Shown here one piece after another: positions 52,941 through 64,000 of a DNA stretch of 64,000 nt. The stretch covers positions 1-64,000 of the forward strand of contig AP039706.1 of the NCBI GenBank assembly GCA_051599415.1. The letters are read 5' to 3'. Both the position numbers and the translations under genes were made by a program. The notes below the pieces were generated by a model. The model was not told the origin of the DNA and did not search any database. It worked only from the letters and a program-made list of their open reading frames with translations. The DNA is from Savitreella phatthalungensis. Its lineage: Eukaryota. Position 1 is the first letter of the stretch. Every line of letters begins with the position of its first letter.

Positions 52941-55344
52941 GTCGAACTGGGGCGTTATCAAGCGAATGTGTGGCAAGCGAAGGTGTCGAGGGCTAGCGAG
53001 TGACCGAGAGATAGCGAGTGCTCGGGTTGTGGACAGGTTTGGAGCGAGGGGCCGTTCGCTCCATCTTATAGACCTCACGCAGGATGTGAAAGAAGGCGAG
53101 ACAAGACTGTGAGCGACAGACTCGCTTCCATGTCCGGCTTCATGAGACGGTGGTTGCGTTGCTTGCCGTGTATACCTGGATGGGTCCCAAGTCTGAGGTG
53201 AGCCGGACTTTGGGCCTGCCTACGACCGAGGTTATCTGCGCGGCTATGACCTCAGAAACAAGACAGAGCTAGGTACCATTCCCGTTGAGCATGGCGTGCT
53301 TGACTCGCCCTTCGAGATCGCATGCTTTTTCATTTCATCTCGTCTCGAGGATTTGAGCCTGAACTCAGATGCAAGCATGGAGAGTAGAGTCGAGCAAACA
53401 TGGCGAGTGAGCGCTGACGAGCATCACTCAGGATCCGGAGGCCTTTCAGACGGCGTTGAACTAAGAGCATGGTGTAGACAGGCTTGTCCGATATCCTGGT
53501 TTCGCGTCCGCAGCCGACGCTCATCTTCTAGGCGCTAGCAGGCGCTCGAATGATCATGTCATCCTGTGTCAAGTTGCTTCATTGGTCGCCGTGTCTCGCT
53601 TGTGGTCAAACTCTTCCCGATCGACACGGCGCTGAGGTTCAGCATTCCTCGAGATCCTTATGATCTGCAAGTAGTATGACGTTTCTGGAGAGCTCAGGAC
53701 CAATTTGCGCATGTTGATGGTACCTATCAGGACCCGGATAGGCAGCCTTGCCTCGTGCGTACTAGTAGATCAAGATGCAAAGGCACTCAATCGAGGTATG
53801 TTGACAAGCAAATCCGCTGAGACCCCTGCCGTGGAACTACCTGGTCCTTACCGTTTCCGCGCGCTTCACAAGGTTTCGCTTGCGTGGGCCCGAATCAGAT
53901 TGGGTTCGAGAGCTAGAATAGATGAGGTGCCAATTGAGTTTTTGTGCGCAATGAATTCCGCATCTGGAATTTAGGCTTGCGCTGTGTTGCGCCCAAATGA
54001 CAGGAAATCAAAGGAGAAGGCACTGCGTCCACTCAGACCTTAGATGCCGTCCTTGTGGAGCACATGTGGGGGATCTGCTTAGCGGTGCTCACGTTCGCAG
54101 AGTTTCGTAAAGAGGCAGCTGATAATCCTCCGAGATAACCATCGGCGAGAGAGCCGTCGAGGGAGCAAGAGAGAAAGTAGTCTGCTGGACAGGTGGGTCC
54201 ACAATGCCTCAGACAGGCAACGAGGATCCAGTTCTAGCTTGCCAAACACAAGCGACTGGACCCATGACGTTGGTAAGTGAAAGATGGGCTCCATGAGTAA
54301 TGTCACGGGACTGGATCGACCTGCCTGTTCTGTCTGTCCTGTCTCTGGGGGAAATTGGAGAATGAGACAGGAGACAGAAATAGCTTTTCAAGGATAGCGC
54401 TTCTCGAAGTCCTTCTTTGGAAATACTTTGCGCAGCAGCAGGCGATCGTGCATACAATTGTCGATTGCACGCTATTGGGCTATCCTTTGTCTTTTCAACG
54501 AAGCTGCTGCTGCGCGCTCAGAGATGGTAGAGCACGGCCGCCTGTGAGCATCAGTTACAGGCCTTGTGCAAGCATTTGGAACGGGCCGGATCGTATAGAC
54601 AATAGAGCTTGCGATGAAAGAAACGCATGCATGTGCAATTGATGCATAAACTGCTATGTGGTCTCGAGCCGAGATCATCGTTCACGCTTGACTACGCAGG
54701 TTGAAATCTCCGTAGATCGTCCGCGTTCGTAGATTTAATGATTGAATGGACGTAAATGAACGGCATGCCATCATATCTTTGTGTTTCGTAAGCGCGTGTG
54801 CACTACGCCGATGATATTTCATGATTCGGCACATTTGGTCATCATCATCACCGGAAAGGGTTACCCCAGTGTCGCTCTTTCATAGAAATCATGATAGCAG
54901 GGCAAGAGAAGGAAGATTTTCGTTTCCTCAAGGGCAGTGGCGTCATTTCCATCGCTTGAGTAGTTCATTCCTCGTCATTCAGCCGCTAAGGCACTTCCAT
55001 TCTGAACCTCTTTCGTAGCTCCGTCCTTCTTCCTCTTCTTCCTCTTTTTCTTTCTTTTTCTTCACTAGTGAACGTTTTCAATGCTAATTTGGTTTAAAGT
55101 CTTGAGGATGTGGAGGATGGTAGTAGTGTATTGTGTATTGTGTTGAGAATGAGCCCATCTTTTCGCTTCCACTGTTCTGGATCCAGCTTGGCTTGGATCC
55201 AAATTTCCTGCATCAATTAGAATCAAGTCTGATTAAACCAAAGGGCATATCTGCTCCAGGTCAGATAAACTTTTCTTCAGTAAAATGAGAGAGAATTAGA
55301 GCGGAAGTAGATGATCGATTCAATCAAATAGCTTAATTGGACCC

Positions 55345-55434
55345 AGCTGAGCTTAGCTTAGCTGAGCTAAACTCAACCGGGCTGAGCTAAACTAAGCTGA
55401 GCTGAGCTGAGCTGAGCTGAACTGAACTGGGCTA
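55345..55434. repeat. Degenerate (GCTGA)n pentanucleotide repeat
   Basis: About 18 units of GCTGA/GCTTA/GCTAA/ACTGA. Confidence 0.85.
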
Positions 55435-56631
55435 TACAGCCATACTAAAATTATACCCGTCAGGCTCAAGGCAGAGGCGTAGCGAGTTGACAACAGCCAT
55501 TACGACTCTCACGTAACTTGACACTCAGTAGAGATAGTAGAGAGAAGTCAGGTCAGCAGCAGACCAAGATGGTCTCCATGCTGTATAGTCTGTAGTCATC
55601 CACACATCCGGTATCCGGTGTAAGAATCCAAGGCATCATGCACGTTTTTTTGTAGCCATCACTTATCCGTCGTGTCCACCGGATCGTTGGTCCCGTGATC
55701 TTCGGGGCCGACAAACCTCTTGCCCATCGTCCCACGGAAATTCTTGATCAGAGTCTACAACGGAGGGCTCGACCCATCATATCACAGCGATCACGAGATC
55801 GAGTTTGGATGCACATGGCAACTCCCGTATTGTTCAGCCGCGTTTCTAGTAGGCCCTTGCATAAGACCGTGCCTTGGCGACTCGACTGTCACGGGTCATG
55901 AGAGCACACGTGTTCGGTGACTGGCTTTCTCGAATCACTGTGGTCAGCTCAGCTGAGCTGGTAATCACGGTTAAGGTCAGCCACTCATGCATACAGTCAT
56001 CAAGCGTGAGTTGACAATCACCGTAGTAAGAATTGAAATAGAACGCTACACGGTGTAAGCTGACGATTCAGCGTACATCCATGAATCTTGTTCATGCTGT
56101 CAGAACATGGCGTCGAGAGTCGAGCTCATGCCCTCTGCGTGCGCCCATGCGCTCAAGCGACCGGGATAACATGACACCTAAAGGATGATGTGATGAATGA
56201 GGATGCGTCAGGGTGGTCTTTACCGAATGCACGTGACACAGTAGCGGCTGATCTAGTCCTGTGGCTTCAGATCGACGATGCTCGATATGTTTGTTTCGAT
56301 TGACGGTCTGGCTAGTCTTGCGGCTTCGGATGCACTCGAAGAGCTACAGACCGACCGTCTTGCAAGCTGGAGTGCTTCTGGGAGGTACCTAGCGCCAGCT
56401 GTAGTCAACACAGAAGGATTGCCACAACTGACGACCACTGTCGAAAAAGAGGTTCAAATCTGACAGACGAGCACAGTAAAAAAGAAAAAGGTTCAAGTCG
56501 GAAGGAGAATGAAGAACTCGCTATATATGCTCGGGTCTTTTGATGTCGCGTTTGAATGCTAGCTGAGCGAGCTGGAAGCGGCGTGAGCACCACAGGCTGG
56601 ATCAGTCTATTCTAGTCTAATCTGATAGAGT

Positions 56632-57960
56632 CTAGTCTGCGTCCTGGTCATAGTCGCTCCCAAAGTCAGAGTCGACTGCGTTGCTGCCGTCGATCTGGTT
56701 GGAGGACGCGTCTGCGATGTCGTCGGCGTCTGCATCTGCGTCGTCGTTTGCTGGGTTTAGTTGAACGCCATTGACGTCGGCCTTGACGTTGTCGACAACG
56801 GCGAGCACGCCGGCAAGCGATTCCCGGAGTGACTGAATCTTCGCCTCGATCTCGTCCCACTGGGCGACGTCAAAGTCGCGCTGCAGGGCACGGTGGACGA
56901 CAAACGTCTGTGACGGCTGGGACAGCTTACCCTCAACCAGACCTGCCTGGATAGCACCAATGAGCCAGCGTTCGACGTCGGATTCCTCCACCTCGAGCGC
57001 CTCTGCCACGGTCGAGTATCGCAGTCTGCGAGAATCCTGCTGTGCGGAAATAGTGGCCACGGTCAGAAGTCGGAGTTTGCGGGCAAGCTCAGTCGCATCG
57101 ATCCCGTTCGATTGGAGGAAAGCTGCGTTCTGCTCCAGGTACGCCTTGTCTGCGGCGTACGTGCCGGTCGCGAGGACCTCGAGCAAACGCACGTGCTCCT
57201 CAATCTGCGATCGTACAGCTTGCACGCCACGTGAGACGAGCACGGGCTCGAATGTGAAACGTCCAGGCTCGGAAACAAGCGCGTTGATGGCTCTCTTCGC
57301 CAACTCGGCAGACACATCGCCATCGACAGAAATAGCCTTTAAAAGGTAATCTGCGGTCGAGAGACCGTCGTCCGAGACGCCCTGAGTCGATGTCAATTCA
57401 GCAACGCGTACGTAGATGTCCTGCTGCTGGCTCGGGGATGCACCCCAGCCCTTCAGTGTGGCTGGCAAAGTTCTAAACTTGTAGCGGATTAGGTCGTAAA
57501 GTTGCGTATGAGCTGTCGCGAGGTCAAGCAGAGCCAAGAAGACGGCAGGTCGCGACGCTTGCGGTGCATTGTCGAGCAGGGTGCTGGCAATCGTGTATGC
57601 GGTCGTCGCACCTCCTGGGCGCTTTTCTGCATTTGTCTGAAGGTCGCGTGTGATGACCTGGACGACGTTCGATGGCTCGTCCAGGGAGAGTGTGAGATGT
57701 ATCAGGAGATTGTAAGCTGCCTCGTAGTCGCGCTCTGCAGATGCGTTGCTGGCAAGTCCATCGACCTGATCCACAATCGCCTGAACTGCTGCATCCTTCT
57801 TACCTGCTTCGACGAGCGACCGAACGTTCTGCTGAAGTGGTGATGATGGTTCTGCTTGAATCTCTGTACCGGCAGACTCTGATGTCTGCTGTGCTGGCTG
57901 ATCGATGAACAGAGCCAGCTCCTCGATCTGCTCCTCGAATGAGCCGTCCACAACGAGCAT
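56632..57960 (-). CDS. eIF3m: Translation initiation factor 3 subunit M (PCI domain)
   Basis: N-terminal VDGSFEEQIEELA; PCI domain RKLRLLTVATI..VERWLIGAIQAGLVEGKLSQ..VHRA.QR.F...QW. Confidence 0.9.
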   Translation of the reverse strand: MLVVDGSFEEQIEELALFIDQPAQQTSESAGTEIQAEPSSPLQQNVRSLVEAGKKDAAVQAIVDQVDGLASNASAERDYEAAYNLLIHLTLSLDEPSNVVQVITRDLQTNAEKRPGGATTAYTIASTLLDNAPQASRPAVFLALLDLATAHTQLYDLIRYKFRTLPATLKGWGASPSQQQDIYVRVAELTSTQGVSDDGLSTADYLLKAISVDGDVSAELAKRAINALVSEPGRFTFEPVLVSRGVQAVRSQIEEHVRLLEVLATGTYAADKAYLEQNAAFLQSNGIDATELARKLRLLTVATISAQQDSRRLRYSTVAEALEVEESDVERWLIGAIQAGLVEGKLSQPSQTFVVHRALQRDFDVAQWDEIEAKIQSLRESLAGVLAVVDNVKADVNGVQLNPANDDADADADDIADASSNQIDGSNAVDSDFGSDYDQDAD

Positions 57961-58394
57961 CGTAGACTGGGCAGGCAACAACTGGGTAATGATTGATGCA
58001 AAAGCTCAAGTACAAGTGAGGAAGCACTTGTGGCGGGTAAAGTGGACGGTAGAATGGGGTTGAACGAAGGGGAGGTGGGTTGCCGTGTAGTCTGACGCTT
58101 TTTTTTCTTCTACAGAAAAAAAAAGTTACGTCGACGGTCGACTAGAAGTCCCTAGTCAATCTATTCGATTGAGACGATCAGATGTAGTCAGCCGATCGAT
58201 AGATCAATCGAATGGGTGGGGAGGATGATCGAGTGAGTGAGTGCGTGCGTCAGTGAGTGAACGCGCGCGTGATGCCCTGAGCTTGCTAGCTTGCATAGGA
58301 GGTCAGGCCCGGTTCGGTGCTGTAGCAGGAGGATGTTTGACCCGTGCGCGATGGTGGTGATTGATGGTGGTTTGGAGTGGAGCGAGTGCCCTGA

Positions 58395-58424
58395 CTGAGC
58401 TGAGCTGAGCTGAGCTGAGCTGAG
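58395..58424. repeat. (CTGAG)6 microsatellite
   Basis: Six perfect units. Confidence 0.9.
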
Positions 58425-59170
58425 AAGACCAGGCAAATTACTTCAAGATAGCTTTCCAAATTCTGAAGCTATACGCGTTCATAAAAGCTGCTCACAGATC
58501 TTTGCTTAGACGCGTGCTCGCATACAAGCATTCAGTGCATTCATCCATATAATTAAATTTTCGAGACAATTCACATCAATTAATTCTCGATTCAATAAGA
58601 AAATTGTGATGAAGGCAAATAGGAAAGTAGGAAAGTTCAATAGCTCTTGGGGATTCAGACTGAATTCTTAAGGGATACAGTGGGAAATTCCCTTTAGCAT
58701 TATAATTTCAGTATTGACTAGGAGGGCCTTCCAATTGGCATCCATGCATGGTATGTGTGACAAGCTCATGAACAGGGCAGATGCAGCCCAAAATCCACTA
58801 TGAATTCTGAAGAGTGTGCTCAATCCCAATTACAATTTCGAATTGTGGCTTGATTCTATCTCCGCGAGAGGCTGAAATTCCATCATGTACACACGTGTAT
58901 ACAGGGTGTAATGCTAGTCCAATTGCGCGCTCTGATCCATATGAGCTAGCAGAGGGAATTTTGCCTGACCTCGTATGACTTTCACATGTCTGCCAGAAAG
59001 CAATTCAAGCCATAACTCATTCGACCCGCAAGAGTTATAGTTATCGTTATGAGGAAGGTCGTCCAGCAGGTTCCAACTTCGAATCACAATTCAGAGCTAG
59101 TGAACATGACAATTGACCCTCGGGAAGTTTACGGCAGGTTGTACACAGAAATGAAGGAGCATTGATACCA

Positions 59171-59250
59171 GCATCAGTATCAGTATCAGTATCAGTATCA
59201 GTATCAGCATCAGCGTCAGCATCAGCATCAGCATCAGCATCAGCATCAGG
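59171..59250. repeat. Compound hexanucleotide repeat (ATCAGT)5(ATCAGC)~7
   Basis: Direct reading of the sequence. Confidence 0.9.
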
Positions 59251-60079
59251 AAGCGAAGCAGCTTCCAGACCGCGTCCGGGCAACAGAGTAACTAAATTGT
59301 AGATGATGCATGACGGGAAGCGAATGACGGAGGAATGTGAATTCAACAGTGACTAGATCTTGACTCACAGCTGGACAGTAGACAGCATCGGTGCCGTCCA
59401 GTGGAGCAGTAACTGACTCAGTGAGTGAATGAATGAGTATGCTCACAGCAGCTCACTCGAATCAACTGGAAGCCTGAAGACGAGTTCAGGTGTCCAATAC
59501 AGTAAGTGCTAGGTTAGATCGCCCTCCCAACCAACAAAGAAGTGATCGAATCAATCAATCATTCAATGACTGCATCCATCATTCTGACTATTCATCTACT
59601 CGTGCAATTCGTAGCCAGTAGCAACTAGCTTGCGCACGCACCCACTTACTCGTATACACATATCCACTTACAATCTCATACTCTCACAGACCAAGGTCAA
59701 TCGTTCACGCTCTTAATCATCTCAACTGACACAAGAACGTATCGAGACGCGCTCTTTTTCATCAAAAGTATTCCGGGAAGCAGGATATCGGTGGAACAGT
59801 CCCAATAGTTGATCACCACTACACGTCATCGCGAGCGCACATTTCTAAACGCTCAGAACGATAACCATTGACGTTTGAACATTGATCCTGCGAGACACTG
59901 CGGAAGGCGTAGAAACTTATATGACTGCAAGGCGAAGCGTATAAGATCCACAGTTCTCACTTCGATCCAGCCGCCGCCATCATCACGCCCCGCAGCGTTT
60001 CAAACAAGTCGTCAAGGCGCGCAGGAGCTACTCATTGAAATAGATCGCTCCTCGCCTGCCCGCCGCTGTCAATCACTCC

Positions 60080-61051
60080 ATGTCACACGACGGCAGCATG
60101 ATCAATGCCACCCCGATCAAACCAAAGCCTATAAGACCGTTCACCCAATCAAACACCTCAAGTGAGGACGTACGGCAGACGTCAGGACAATGGCTCAGAT
60201 CCCGCTCGTCCGCAGACCTCAATGGACTTTCGCGCACATCCTCATTCTTATCTCTCTCTGGCCTGGCAGAACGTTCTTCTGCCCTCTTTGGCATCTTCGA
60301 GCAGGGAGGCTTTGAGACGGAACCGCCGACTCCAGACACCAACCTCAACCGCCAATACAACCTCAACACAAATAACGCTCCTTCCACAGGGCGATCAAAC
60401 GATACATCATCAGCAGGACCTAAACCATTCTTTTGCGGTAGAGATGCCGTTGTGGCTGGTGTCATTGCCGCTTGCAGCTACACATTCCTAGTCCTGTTCC
60501 ACAACTTGCCGAACAAGAATCGATTCTTCATCGCGGCAGGCGCACAGCAGGTCAAGCCAGCATATTATTGTGCAGCCGTGACTATTTCCGCAGTGCTTTT
60601 CAACGCCGCACGTAAGCTCACACGACCTGCTTACAATGTGGACAGACGGCGAGACTCGACAGTGACGACATCAGGAGACGATGATTCCCGACCCTCGACC
60701 TCACAACAGGACAAGTCCGGGAACGCATCACGCGGTGAATTCAATCTGATCGTGCGCTGGTTTGCAGGCTTCTTGGGACTTGCCTATGCTGCCACAAAGC
60801 TCGACTATACGAACGCTCTGCAATTTAACGGATGTGTGGCTGCTGTGGCTCTAGGTGCCTTGCTCGTGGCTGATCGGAGCCTTCGCGGCTTTGCCATCTC
60901 CCTCGTCCTTGCTGGACTCGGCACAGTCATCCACGCCACTGCAACAGGCGTCAGAGATCCAGCAGATCTGCCATCGATTGCCGTTCTCGTCTGGCTGAAC
61001 GTCGCAGTCTACGGTTGTCTAGGCAAAGCGATCGGACTAATGAGAGCCTAA
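60080..61051 (+). CDS. INSIG-family membrane protein (Ins1/Nsg-like), 323 aa
   Basis: Several hydrophobic helices; VRWFAGFLGLAYAATKL, LVADRSLRGF, VYGCLGK resemble fungal INSIG motifs; N-terminal SRTSSFLSL. Confidence 0.72.
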   Translation: MSHDGSMINATPIKPKPIRPFTQSNTSSEDVRQTSGQWLRSRSSADLNGLSRTSSFLSLSGLAERSSALFGIFEQGGFETEPPTPDTNLNRQYNLNTNNAPSTGRSNDTSSAGPKPFFCGRDAVVAGVIAACSYTFLVLFHNLPNKNRFFIAAGAQQVKPAYYCAAVTISAVLFNAARKLTRPAYNVDRRRDSTVTTSGDDDSRPSTSQQDKSGNASRGEFNLIVRWFAGFLGLAYAATKLDYTNALQFNGCVAAVALGALLVADRSLRGFAISLVLAGLGTVIHATATGVRDPADLPSIAVLVWLNVAVYGCLGKAIGLMRA

Positions 61052-61691
61052 GTGGAAGGAGAATAGATCACGATCATTCCTCGCTAGACTCAGGAATACA
61101 CCAGATACAATTAATGAGGCATTGATGAGCCGTCACTGACATGCCACAATCGAGTCCATGGCCATGATAGAAATGGCCAAGAGAGACGGTGTCTCGTCAG
61201 TGACTCTTGAAGGGGCCGGATGAGACCCGTGCATCGATCCTGAACACGTGCACTTTTTAATCTCTAGAGAATCCGTAGTACTTTCTCGATTGGGAAATTC
61301 TCACCATGGAGTACTCGACGCGCACCGCAACGTACGTATATACATTCAAGGATGCACCAACCGCGTCTCTATAGTCATTCATCTCGACCTTGTCATCGGG
61401 CAAACAGTCGTCTGGAGGCCGTTATTGCCTGGATAGATAGATCTCTTTACATTCTTCTCTTTCGGTCTAGAAAGCTGTCCAACCTGTCATCTGGACTCTC
61501 GGACCCTTCGTCGTCTGACTTGACGTGCATACACTTCCAAGCTCGTCGCACACTACAACCCTCTTGCGCGCGTACTCACGCCTGCGCATCTGTACAGAAT
61601 CACAACAATTGCTAGATTGAAGGGTGAGAACAGGTCACTGAAAATGAGGATCCCGCGAAGCCGATCCACATAGCCTTGCTCTGCGGCAGAC

Positions 61692-64000
61692 ATGTCACAG
61701 CATACGCCTGGAAGTCGAGGAGGCTTTGCTTCTCTGTTCGCGAAGCCAAGACCTGGCGTATCGGACGCTGCTCGCCTTGACAATCGTAATGGCGACGCTT
61801 CTTCTGACTCGACCTATGGTCTTCCTGATGGTCTTGCAAGTTCTCGAATCGGTGTAAAACCAGCGCGCGAGGGATCAGGGGATCTGCCAACACCCTCGAC
61901 ACTAGGTGCATCGCCTAGCAGAACATCCCAAGCTACACAAACGAAACCGCAACTACAGTCGGCGACTGAGCTCGCAAGTAAGCGCAACTACAAATGTATC
62001 TATGATCCAGACCTCACAAAAGACAAGGCGCGCGGGCCAAAGCCGATACTTCGCTTCGATGGACAGGTGCAAGAGTCTTCCGTAGAAGCAAGAGATCCTC
62101 GATCTGGTCCAAACTACGCGAAACGCCAGTCGCGCAATCGGAAAAAGTGTCGGATTGAGTTACACCGGATTCCAGCGACCGATGCGCTGTTCGCGAAGCT
62201 CGGGCCGGCAGGCGCAACAGCCGTCGTAGTCTCAAATCTCTCGACACTGTCTACAGTGACCGACATTGGCAGCTTCTTCCGCACGTACGGCAGCGTTGCG
62301 CGAGTTGATCTAAAGGTTCATCCTACAACGGGAGCCTCGCTCGGCATCGCTCGAATCTCTTTCAAAAAGCAAGGAGAGGAGCAAGCAAAAGCCGCCGAGG
62401 CCGCTAAGCAGGCTGCAGAGAAGGGCAACAAGCAGAAGCTAGGAGGCAATGAGCTCGTCGTGGCTCTGGACGAATCAAGCGAGATCTGTGAAGTGCTCGT
62501 TAAAGAGGCCGTTGCAAAACTCGACGAGGCTGCGAAAAAGCGTGCACGGGAGCTGCCCCCTCCTCCTGCTCCTGCATTGCCGCAGAGACCGAGGTCGCCC
62601 GCAGCAACCTCCAACAAGCGCTCACTAGATGAGCGAGATGGCCGACGCGCCTCCCAGCCGCCTGTTTCGACGTCATCAGAAGCTCGTAAAGAAAGAGAAG
62701 AAAGGACTCGACATGATCGCTCTCCGCCACGATCTTCTCAGGCAACCAAGCCGCGTCTGCCAAGTCGAGGCTTGACGCGAAGAGAGGTGATCGATCGACT
62801 AGGTCTGCGAGCGTACATCTTTGTCGATCGATCCGACCTGCCGTTCTCACGTTGTCATCCGCAAGACCTCGATAGACACCTGACAGGCCGTGGAGTCCGC
62901 GAAGTCTTCTCGGACGAAAACGGTTTCTACATCACATTCGCTGAGCAGATCGATGCTGACCGATGCATGCGAAAGTATGACCGGACGACCTTCATGGGAT
63001 ACCGCCTGCGCATGGAGCTACACGGTGCGAAGCCAAGCAAGTTGTCGAGCAAGGGTTCCCGTGAGGCTGATCAGAAGCCCCTTCTGTCAAATGGTTTTAA
63101 GCGAGCATTTGCGCCGGTTGACGCAGTTGCCGAGGCCACATCGCAGATCGTGCGAGAGCTTCAGGAGACCTTCCTGAGGGATGTGCGGAGTCGCATCGTC
63201 GCGCCTGCTCTACTCGAATTCTTGACGCCTCCTGTTTTACTCAAGCAGGAGAATGAGAAGGCCGTAGCCTCGCAGGCAGCAGCTTCGACAGCTCCAACCA
63301 ACAACGACAGCGGTGGCGATATCAAGCTGTCGCATGTCCTCGGCTCGATTCCGCGCTTCCGCAAGAAGACAAGCACGAAAGTGAAGGAGGCCGAGCGTGC
63401 TGCTGCGGTCGGACGAATGCGTGGTAGACTCGACCATCATGCGCTCTATGGCGATTCGTCTGACGAGAGCGACGACGGCGCGGATCCTCCCGCAGCGCCA
63501 AGCAGCGACAGGCGCAGCGAGCGGATGTCATCGGTCGCGCCGAGCGAGGCAGACATGTCTCCGCCACCTGCACCGGTCTCTGCAAGGCAAAAGAAGCTTA
63601 AACTGCCGCGCTCGTCTGCCGACCTTGAGACTTCCGTCCCTTCATCCCCGCTCATCAAGTCCGAACCTGCCGAGCCAGTCGATGCGAAGAGCATCCCTTC
63701 CGACCGTCGTCCACGCGTCGATTTTACATCGAGTGAAGAAGAAGAGTCCGGCGATGATCAACCGGGAAAGCCTCAAGTCAAGGACGAGATCAAGGCAGAC
63801 GTCAAGCCCACTAAGCCTGTCACACCAGGTGTCGTCGTCAAGAAGGCAAAGCCCGCGAAGGCTGCGAAGAAGACCAAGGAGCGAGCTGTCAAGGTCGAGT
63901 CAGAAGACGTCACCATGGCGGACGCTGATGCCGACAAGGAAGAGCTCGAGTCCGAATCCGAGGATGAAGTCAAGTTTGTCGACACCGGCAGCGAAGATCC
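61692..64000 (+). CDS. SET1: Histone H3K4 methyltransferase Set1, 5' part (runs off the window)
   Basis: Translated by hand from ATG 61692: MSQHTPGSRGGFASLF.., NYKCIYDPDL, RRM with HPTTGASLGIARISF. Same frame at the window end; absent from the ORF track because no stop falls in the window. Confidence 0.88.
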   Translation, partial: MSQHTPGSRGGFASLFAKPRPGVSDAARLDNRNGDASSDSTYGLPDGLASSRIGVKPAREGSGDLPTPSTLGASPSRTSQATQTKPQLQSATELASKRNYKCIYDPDLTKDKARGPKPILRFDGQVQESSVEARDPRSGPNYAKRQSRNRKKCRIELHRIPATDALFAKLGPAGATAVVVSNLSTLSTVTDIGSFFRTYGSVARVDLKVHPTTGASLGIARISFKKQGEEQAKAAEAAKQAAEKGNKQKLGGNELVVALDESSEICEVLVKEAVAKLDEAAKKRARELPPPPAPALPQRPRSPAATSNKRSLDERDGRRASQPPVSTSSEARKEREERTRHDRSPPRSSQATKPRLPSRGLTRREVIDRLGLRAYIFVDRSDLPFSRCHPQDLDRHLTGRGVREVFSDENGFYITFAEQIDADRCMRKYDRTTFMGYRLRMELHGAKPSKLSSKGSREADQKPLLSNGFKRAFAPVDAVAEATSQIVRELQETFLRDVRSRIVAPALLEFLTPPVLLKQENEKAVASQAAASTAPTNNDSGGDIKLSHVLGSIPRFRKKTSTKVKEAERAAAVGRMRGRLDHHALYGDSSDESDDGADPPAAPSSDRRSERMSSVAPSEADMSPPPAPVSARQKKLKLPRSSADLETSVPSSPLIKSEPAEPVDAKSIPSDRRPRVDFTSSEEEESGDDQPGKPQVKDEIKADVKPTKPVTPGVVVKKAKPAKAAKKTKERAVKVESEDVTMADADADKEELESESEDEVKFVDTGSED

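Noticed and set aside
56448..56502. Two B-box-like motifs (GGTTCAAATC, GGTTCAAGTC) suggesting a tRNA or Pol III gene
   Set aside because: No cloverleaf or A-box found; degenerate motif likely by chance
58099..58124. T8-CT..AG-A9 hairpin resembling an intrinsic terminator
   Set aside because: Eukaryotic promoter context; better explained as poly(dA:dT) tracts upstream of eIF3m

Overview
Left end of a fungal chromosome with a very compact, nearly intron-free gene set. The lineage is probably an ascomycete yeast-like one, Taphrinomycotina-like by inference only. Bases 1-69 are an untrimmed Oxford Nanopore adapter plus native barcode. A two-block telomere follows: about 14 distal CCCTAA units and 33 perfect proximal CCCTGA units. 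The subtelomere is CpG-depleted, carries minisatellites and contains a diverged ~220-bp inverted-repeat element. From 5.9 to 38 kb the genes are tightly packed: secreted FAD oxidase, reduced MSH4, minimal velvet protein, RPS28, Pho85-type cyclin, flavocytochrome b2, BEM46, TBC GAP, CCT2, ADA3, C48 protease, an intronless TERT only ~20 kb from the telomere, ERG12, peroxisomal-type CCP, Net1/Dnt1-like protein, spliced Kish, MCM7, PEX1 and WD40-cyclophilin. Two paralogous GPI-type Ser/Thr-rich surface proteins follow; they share dibasic (Kex2-type) sites and an amyloid-like V/I/Y/Q strand, and each has a multi-kb upstream region. The window ends with eIF3m, INSIG and the 5' part of SET1. The most notable items are the TTAGGG/TCAGGG telomere architecture beside a subtelomeric TERT, and the adhesin-like gene pair.
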